Assembly: GCA_026134085.1 (NCBI GenBank)
Contig: JAOQIN010000010.1
Location: forward strand, 1 to 44,333
Length of the DNA: 44,333 bases
Source: Candidatus Methanoxibalbensis ujae
GTDB lineage: Archaea > Halobacteriota > Syntropharchaeia > Alkanophagales > Methanospirareceae
Direction: 5' to 3'
The notes under the pieces were generated by a model that saw only the letters and a program-made list of their open reading frames with translations, had not been told where the DNA came from and ran no database searches. Below are positions 38,920 through 44,333 of this stretch, in pieces (the first letter of the stretch is position 1; the number at the start of each line of letters is the position of its first letter). The translations under genes were made by a program, and so were the position numbers.

Positions 38920-39075
38920 TTTTTATTTTGTTTTATCCTGTTTTATCCTTCTCCTCTCATTTTCCTCCCATCTCCCATTTCTCCTTTTCGTTCGCTGCCT
39001 CGCCATGCCTCATCATCCCATCCCATCTCATAATCTCTTCTCATCTCATCATCTCATCACCCCATCCCATCATCA
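38920..39075. repeat. Low-complexity TTTTA / TCTCA / TCCCA pentamer tracts
   Basis: Degenerate 5-mer repeats between the Mrp-type gene and leuS. Confidence 0.75.
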
Positions 39076-39095
39076 ACCGCAATCAGATGCTCGCA

Positions 39096-40691
39096 TCACG
39101 GAACCCCCGCAGCTTTACCGGCGAGTTTGAATATGTACAGCGATAGAAAATCGGGAGCAACAGGCTGCAGGAAGAACAGTATGAACAGCACAACGGAATA
39201 TATCGCTGTTATGGTGAGCGGAATGACCATGAAAAGATATAGCGCTGATGAAGTTTCAACCCTCTTCGCCTCAGCTGTCGCAGTGCCGTGCGCCGCTTTG
39301 TGTGGTGGAGCTGCGGCTGGCTCGGCTGGCTCGGCTGGCTCAAAGAACGCTGTCTTTATGATGGGGAAAAAATACAGAACATCCAGAAAAGAGCTCATGA
39401 TAATTATGAGGAGCAGTGCGAGAGCAAGCATGTAAGAGGAGGAGCTCCATTCCCACGCGCCTATGCACATGAAAAGCTTACTTATAAATCCGCACAGTGG
39501 CGGAAGACCGCACATTCCGAGCGCTCCTATCGTGAAAGCGATCATTGTCACCGGTATGATCCTGCCTATACCCGCCATCTCACTTATGTTCTTCTTTCCT
39601 GTGATGACTGCTATCGCACCTGCGCACAGAAAAAGCGTTATTTTCATGTATCCATGAAAAGGAATATGAAGCATTGCACCCATTACTCCCTCTTTCCACA
39701 GCAACGATGCTCCAAATATTATGTAAGAAAGCTGTGATATTGTTGAATATGCAAGTCTTCGCTTGAGATTGTCCTGTGCAATCGCAAAAAGTGAGGCAAC
39801 GATCATGGTAAATGATGCGACGGACACGGTGAAAATCCAGAGTCCTGAATCATTCATCGCTTCTGTACCGAAGACGAAGCATATCGTGCGCACTATGCCG
39901 AACGCACCGGCTTTCACAACAGCAACCGCGTGAAGCAATGCGCTGACCGGTGTGGGAGCTATCATCGCGGTGGGCAGCCACGAATGGAATGGCATCCACG
40001 CACTCTTCATGAATCCGAGCATGAAACACAGAAGCAGCACGAATGGCATCACCTCTGAAGCGCTTTTTGCAGCATTTAGGAGCCCGGGAATGCCACCTCT
40101 GCTGAAATCAGTTGTGCCGGCAAAGTGATATGTGAGGATGACCCCCGCAAGCAGGAAACATCCCGCCGTCATGAGATATGCAAGATACTTTCGCCCTGCC
40201 GATATCGCCTCATCGCTCTGCTCATGTATGACAAGCGGATATGTTGAGACCGTGAGAATCTCGTAAAATATGAAAAGTGTCAGAAGGTTTCCCGCCATCG
40301 CAACCCCTATCGCTCCGCATATAGCCCAACAGAAGCAGAAATAATAACGTGTTTGCGCATGTTCGTTGAGCGAGCGCATGTAGCCTATTGAGTAAAAAGA
40401 TACAAGAATCCATAAGGATGATGCAGTTATCGCAAATATCTCACCAAATGCATCAACTTTAAATGCAACATCAATGTTTTCAAGCATTGTATGCATCAGC
40501 ACGCATTTTATATCACCATCACTGAGTATCGTGGGCGCCATTGAGAGCACTATCGCGAAAAGCGAGAAAGATGAGATGATCGTCCAGAACTCTCGCAGAT
40601 TGGGATGATTTCTTGATATCAAGATGAGCGGTGCGGCAATTACAGGACACAATATTGCAAGAAGAGGCTTCAGCGATTCTATCATGGTCAC
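39096..40691 (-). CDS. Mrp/Mnh subunit D-like proton-conducting membrane protein
   Basis: FYEILT, MKSAWMPFHSWLP.AM.APTPVSALLH and LKRRLAYSTISQ. The ATG at 40691 overlaps the upstream stop; alternative start at 40685. Confidence 0.88.
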   Translation of the reverse strand: MTMIESLKPLLAILCPVIAAPLILISRNHPNLREFWTIISSFSLFAIVLSMAPTILSDGDIKCVLMHTMLENIDVAFKVDAFGEIFAITASSLWILVSFYSIGYMRSLNEHAQTRYYFCFCWAICGAIGVAMAGNLLTLFIFYEILTVSTYPLVIHEQSDEAISAGRKYLAYLMTAGCFLLAGVILTYHFAGTTDFSRGGIPGLLNAAKSASEVMPFVLLLCFMLGFMKSAWMPFHSWLPTAMIAPTPVSALLHAVAVVKAGAFGIVRTICFVFGTEAMNDSGLWIFTVSVASFTMIVASLFAIAQDNLKRRLAYSTISQLSYIIFGASLLWKEGVMGAMLHIPFHGYMKITLFLCAGAIAVITGKKNISEMAGIGRIIPVTMIAFTIGALGMCGLPPLCGFISKLFMCIGAWEWSSSSYMLALALLLIIIMSSFLDVLYFFPIIKTAFFEPAEPAEPAAAPPHKAAHGTATAEAKRVETSSALYLFMVIPLTITAIYSVVLFILFFLQPVAPDFLSLYIFKLAGKAAGVP

Positions 40692-42310
40692 CTCCCTCCC
40701 ACAGCCTCCACTCCAGCTGCAGCAGCTGCGGCAGTTCCCATGTCACTCAGCTGAGGAAGACCGAACATCGCGCAGAGGTTGTGCACGATTGTCTGCGGAA
40801 CAAATGTGAGCCAGAGTATGCCGAGGATTATGCATGAGGATGCGAGGACAAACATTGAAAAAAGCATTGCACGCGGAATGCCGTCTGCTCCGCTTCCACT
40901 TTTGCTTTTGCTTCCACTTTCGCTTCCACTGATATCATGATGAGGATGCGGCTCTATGAAATACATGCGCTCTATCACCCTCCAGAAGTAAACGAGATTG
41001 AGCAGGCTGCTGAGAAGCAGAACTGCGATAAACGCATATCCCGAGGACACTGTCTCCGCCGCCTCTGCGGAGGCTATGAGCAGAAAAAGCTTTGATGCAA
41101 ATCCTGTTGTCGGAGGCACACCTATCATTGAGAGCGCTGCCACTGTGAAAAATGCGCTCGTCCATGGCATCTTCCTCCCCAATCCGTTGAAATTGTTTAT
41201 GTCAAGCAGCTTGAGGCGGTGAAAAAATCCACCAACGGACATGAACAGACAGCACTTCATTATCGCATGATTCAATATATGGGCAACCGCACCCACAAGA
41301 CCCCACGGAGATAAAGGTGTAAGCCCAAGACCCAGCATGATGTATCCTATCTGCGACACGCTTGAATACGCAAGCATCCTTTTTATGTTTCGCTGCATTA
41401 TAGCAAATAAAGAACCTGCTATTATGCCAATTGCAGCAATCCAGCATATCAATATATCAAGACCAACATAATTAGTTATAAAATCAAGCGTAAACACTGA
41501 TAACAAGACACGCATAAGTGCGTAAATTGAGACTTTTGATGAAGTGGCTGCGATAAGCGCGCTCACTGTTGAAGGAGCATAAGAATATGCGTCCGGCTGC
41601 CATATGTGAAGAGGGAAAAGAGCCATTTTTATGCTGAATCCTATGAGGATGAACACGAACGCCGCCTGAACCATTTTGTTCCCGTATCCCAGAAGCGGAA
41701 GTATTTCTTTTACGCTCTCCATGGTGAGATGCCCAGTAACCGCATACAGAAATCCCACGCCCAGCAGATAGAAGCAAGCGCCTATGGAACCCATCACAAG
41801 ATAGTTGAAAGATGCCTTGAGCGCCCTTCCTCCAGCAGAAGCGATGAGCGCATAGCTTGAAAGAGATGCTATCTCAAGAAACACATAGAGGTTGAAAAGG
41901 TCACCGGTCACAACTATACCGCATAGCCCCGTGATGTAGAGTTGAAGGACCACATAAAAAGTCACAGTTTTTCTCTGCCCAATTTCCTTCTCAAGATTTT
42001 TCCATCCGTAGATCACGCATAACACACCTATAAAAAGGATGACGAGCAGGACAAATGCGTTCAGCACATCAACAACATATACAATGCCCCACGGGAACAT
42101 CCAGCCTCCAATTTTGTATATTATGGGGGCTGAGATGGCACGGTGTAATATCAGAACTGCAAGGGATAACTGGGCGATTAGTGTCATCAAGGATATCGGA
42201 AAGCATGCCTTCCTGTTGAACCATCCAGCAACAAGAATAGTATATGCAGACAGCAGCGACATTACGACGACAATTATCGGGAAATGTTCCACGCCTATCA
42301 ACGCAAACAC
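40688..42310 (-). CDS. Mrp/Mnh subunit D-like proton-conducting membrane protein
   Basis: GDLFNLYVFLEI, IKMALFPLHIWQPDAY, KRMLAYSSVSQIGY and NHAIMK. Confidence 0.9.
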   Translation of the reverse strand: MFALIGVEHFPIIVVVMSLLSAYTILVAGWFNRKACFPISLMTLIAQLSLAVLILHRAISAPIIYKIGGWMFPWGIVYVVDVLNAFVLLVILFIGVLCVIYGWKNLEKEIGQRKTVTFYVVLQLYITGLCGIVVTGDLFNLYVFLEIASLSSYALIASAGGRALKASFNYLVMGSIGACFYLLGVGFLYAVTGHLTMESVKEILPLLGYGNKMVQAAFVFILIGFSIKMALFPLHIWQPDAYSYAPSTVSALIAATSSKVSIYALMRVLLSVFTLDFITNYVGLDILICWIAAIGIIAGSLFAIMQRNIKRMLAYSSVSQIGYIMLGLGLTPLSPWGLVGAVAHILNHAIMKCCLFMSVGGFFHRLKLLDINNFNGLGRKMPWTSAFFTVAALSMIGVPPTTGFASKLFLLIASAEAAETVSSGYAFIAVLLLSSLLNLVYFWRVIERMYFIEPHPHHDISGSESGSKSKSGSGADGIPRAMLFSMFVLASSCIILGILWLTFVPQTIVHNLCAMFGLPQLSDMGTAAAAAAGVEAVGGR

Positions 42311-42430
42311 CTCTCAACTCAGCAAAAGCCCATCCCTCTCCTTCCACGCTGAGACATTTAAATAATTTTCGCTTTTTTCGCTCTGCTCCAGTGAGATCCT
42401 CTGCGGTCAAACCACAGCAGCTTCAACGGT

Positions 42431-43726
42431 TCAGCGGCGACGGGCGTGCTCACGCAGGAAAATCGTACTTGAGATGCCTCCAAGAATAAGGTTCATGTAA
42501 TACACGATGAGCCTCCAAAGCAGTGTGAACACCGCGTCAACATGAATTCCTATGATTTTGTAAATGTGTGTGAAGCCAAACTCAGCAACTCCACTGCTTC
42601 CCGGCGTGAGGGGTATTGAAACGAGAATCAGAAGAATAAACTGCGCAGCGAAGGAGGGTATCCACGCAGGGTCGGAATACAAACTCAACATTATCAAAGG
42701 AGGAATGCAGAAATCAACAGACCAGAGAGCTGCTGAAAGTGCAAAGGATTTGAGAACGACAACACCTCCTTCATCACGGATAACTGATATCGCACTGCAG
42801 AAGTTCTCCAGTTCAACCTGCACACGCTCCATGAAGCGCTCAATCGCATGTCCTCGGCTGCGCGCAGCAAATCGCTCCACAATCCCAAACACCCTGTCCA
42901 TTGCCATTCTTATCTTGAGAGGATTATCAACACCTATCAGAACAACAGCGGACAATATGCTGAATATTACGATAAGAGACACACATAAAACCATAAAAAA
43001 AGGTTTTAATGCAGGTTCCACTACAAAATAAATGAATATAACACTGAATATTGCACCTATCATCACAACGAAGAAGTCAAACACACGCTCTCCAAACACG
43101 ATAACTGTGCTTTCACCTATGGAAAGAGCTCGCTTGCTCAGCAGATATATGCGTATGGGCTCTCCACCAAACTGTGATGGCGTTATGCAAGCGCCGAAAA
43201 GGCTTGCGAACACTATCTTCAGAGAATCACGAATTTTCAAACGCTCATGCATCACATCCTCCCGTGCATTCATGCGCACATTCCGGGCATTTGTTGAGCC
43301 GGGCTTCTCTGTTTTTCCCGCACGCTGTCTGAGTCTGCGGCTTACCACAAAATCACTCAAAACCTTCAGGCGAATACTCCATATGAAAAGCGCAAGAAAG
43401 TGCATAAACACTGCAGCAGCGAAAAATAACAGATTTATACGCACAGTGGTGAGCTCGTCTATGCTGAAATTCAGAAGCAATGCAATCGTGAAAACACTTA
43501 TAAACAGGGATAGCAGCAGCATTATTTCTCTTTTACGCTTACTTCCAAGGCTTCTTAGCATGTCTTCTGAGTTTGATCCGTTTTTTGATTCTTCAGTGAT
43601 CTCACAGTTTGAATGAGATGTGCTCGTTTCGTTCAGGGATCTTTCTGGAATGTGCGCGCCTGCCATCGCATAACCTTCTTTTCTGATTTTATGTGATATA
43701 TGTTTATGCCTGTTCATTGTGCTCAT
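42431..43726 (-). CDS. UPF0104 / lysylphosphatidylglycerol synthase TM-domain (flippase-like) protein
   Basis: ITPSQFGGEPIR, ERVFD, PLTPGSSGVAE and LLWR. Start uncertain. Confidence 0.85.
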   Translation of the reverse strand: MSTMNRHKHISHKIRKEGYAMAGAHIPERSLNETSTSHSNCEITEESKNGSNSEDMLRSLGSKRKREIMLLLSLFISVFTIALLLNFSIDELTTVRINLLFFAAAVFMHFLALFIWSIRLKVLSDFVVSRRLRQRAGKTEKPGSTNARNVRMNAREDVMHERLKIRDSLKIVFASLFGACITPSQFGGEPIRIYLLSKRALSIGESTVIVFGERVFDFFVVMIGAIFSVIFIYFVVEPALKPFFMVLCVSLIVIFSILSAVVLIGVDNPLKIRMAMDRVFGIVERFAARSRGHAIERFMERVQVELENFCSAISVIRDEGGVVVLKSFALSAALWSVDFCIPPLIMLSLYSDPAWIPSFAAQFILLILVSIPLTPGSSGVAEFGFTHIYKIIGIHVDAVFTLLWRLIVYYMNLILGGISSTIFLREHARRR

Positions 43727-43917
43727 TCATGTGCCATCCAATTCTGTGCATGTGCTACACTTTGGACTGCAGTGGGGTGCTGAGAGGTGCTCTGTTGTAT
43801 GTGCTTGTAGCGGCGCTGTGCGAATGCATAATGCTTCAATAATTACTGCTGTTACTGCCCGTGGTAGAGCGGGGGAGGTGTGTGATTTATATATGATATA
43901 TGGTGACATACATATCT

Positions 43918-44250
43918 ATGAAGGCGAAGCAGGAGCACTGGATAGGTGCAGCGGGCTGCGTGTATGACATATACTAACACTTTGTATGCTGCACTACGGG
44001 AGGCCTGTCAGGCCTTGCGGAATGAGAGAGCTGAATGAGGAGAAGCGCAGGATCATGCTGAGAGAGCAATTCATAAATCCTGATTGTGTTCATATTTTCA
44101 TAACAGCACATCCGAAGTGGGCGCAATCGCAGCTCGTGAAGCAAAGGACAGCAAAGTTTCTGTTTGAGACCTGAGTTGAAGGGAAAATTGTGGGCATCTT
44201 TGGCTACTGCGGCATGGGGATGTCTCAGACAATTTATAGAGAGGCAGAAT
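43918..44250 (+). pseudogene. tnpA: IS200/IS605 TnpA (HUH Y1 transposase) pseudogene
   Basis: MKAKQEHWIGAAGCVYDIY*HFVCCT with stop at 43975-43977; PDCVHIFITAHPK (HUH motif mutated); PELKGKLW; FIERQ; frameshifts. TATA-like TTTATATAT at about 43887. Confidence 0.88.
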
Positions 44251-44333
44251 GTGAAAGCAATAACTCATAAGTTCAGGCTGTATCCTTCGGAGGAGCAAAA
44301 AGAGAAGTTGCTGTTCATACTGGAGCAATGCAG
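44251..44333 (+). CDS. tnpB: TnpB (IS605 OrfB) N-terminus, truncated by the window edge
   Basis: VKAITHKFRLYPSEEQKEKLLFILEQC is a typical TnpB N-terminal HTH and directly follows the tnpA relic. Confidence 0.85.
   Translation, partial: MKAITHKFRLYPSEEQKEKLLFILEQC

Noticed and set aside
1..44333. CRISPR array associated with the Cas4-like gene
   Set aside because: All repeats found are contiguous 5-21 bp tandem units without unique spacers, and no cas1/cas2 is present.

Overview
Archaeal chromosomal window, mostly housekeeping genes. The gene content points to a Halobacteriota euryarchaeon; the multiheme cytochrome, tetraether synthase and POR subunits fit an ANME-1/Syntropharchaeia-like organism, but the taxonomy is inference. 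From left to right: an IS5-like relic; a surface-glycan module (AlkP-family phosphodiesterase, sulfatase-like protein, flippase); a membrane-anchored hexaheme cytochrome c; an unknown HExxH protein; porG/porD; a solo Cas4-like gene divergent from pcn-priL-xseB-tRNA-Val; an IS6-like relic; a stand-alone atpI; suhB-ABCE1-tes-Get3/ArsA-small protein; rpl21e, rpl39e (missed by the ORF track), queD, rsmA; tRNA-Tyr (with intron) and tRNA-Gly; tRNA-Ala-psmA-SBDS-rrp4-rrp41-rrp42 followed by a strongly divergent thermosome paralog; LysE, serA, GT4, geranylgeranyl reductase, UPF0179, site-2 protease, leuS, two Mrp-type subunits, UPF0104; and an IS200/IS605 element (dead tnpA plus the start of tnpB) at the right edge. 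No CRISPR array is present. The most notable leads are (1) an apparently ATPase-dead, basic-tailed chaperonin behind the exosome operon, (2) a Tes + Get3d-like ATPase + small partner cluster, (3) pervasive short tandem duplications, many spanning stop codons, plus low-complexity insertions in conserved proteins, and (4) two structured 5' leaders. All family calls come from motif recognition by eye; no database searches were run.
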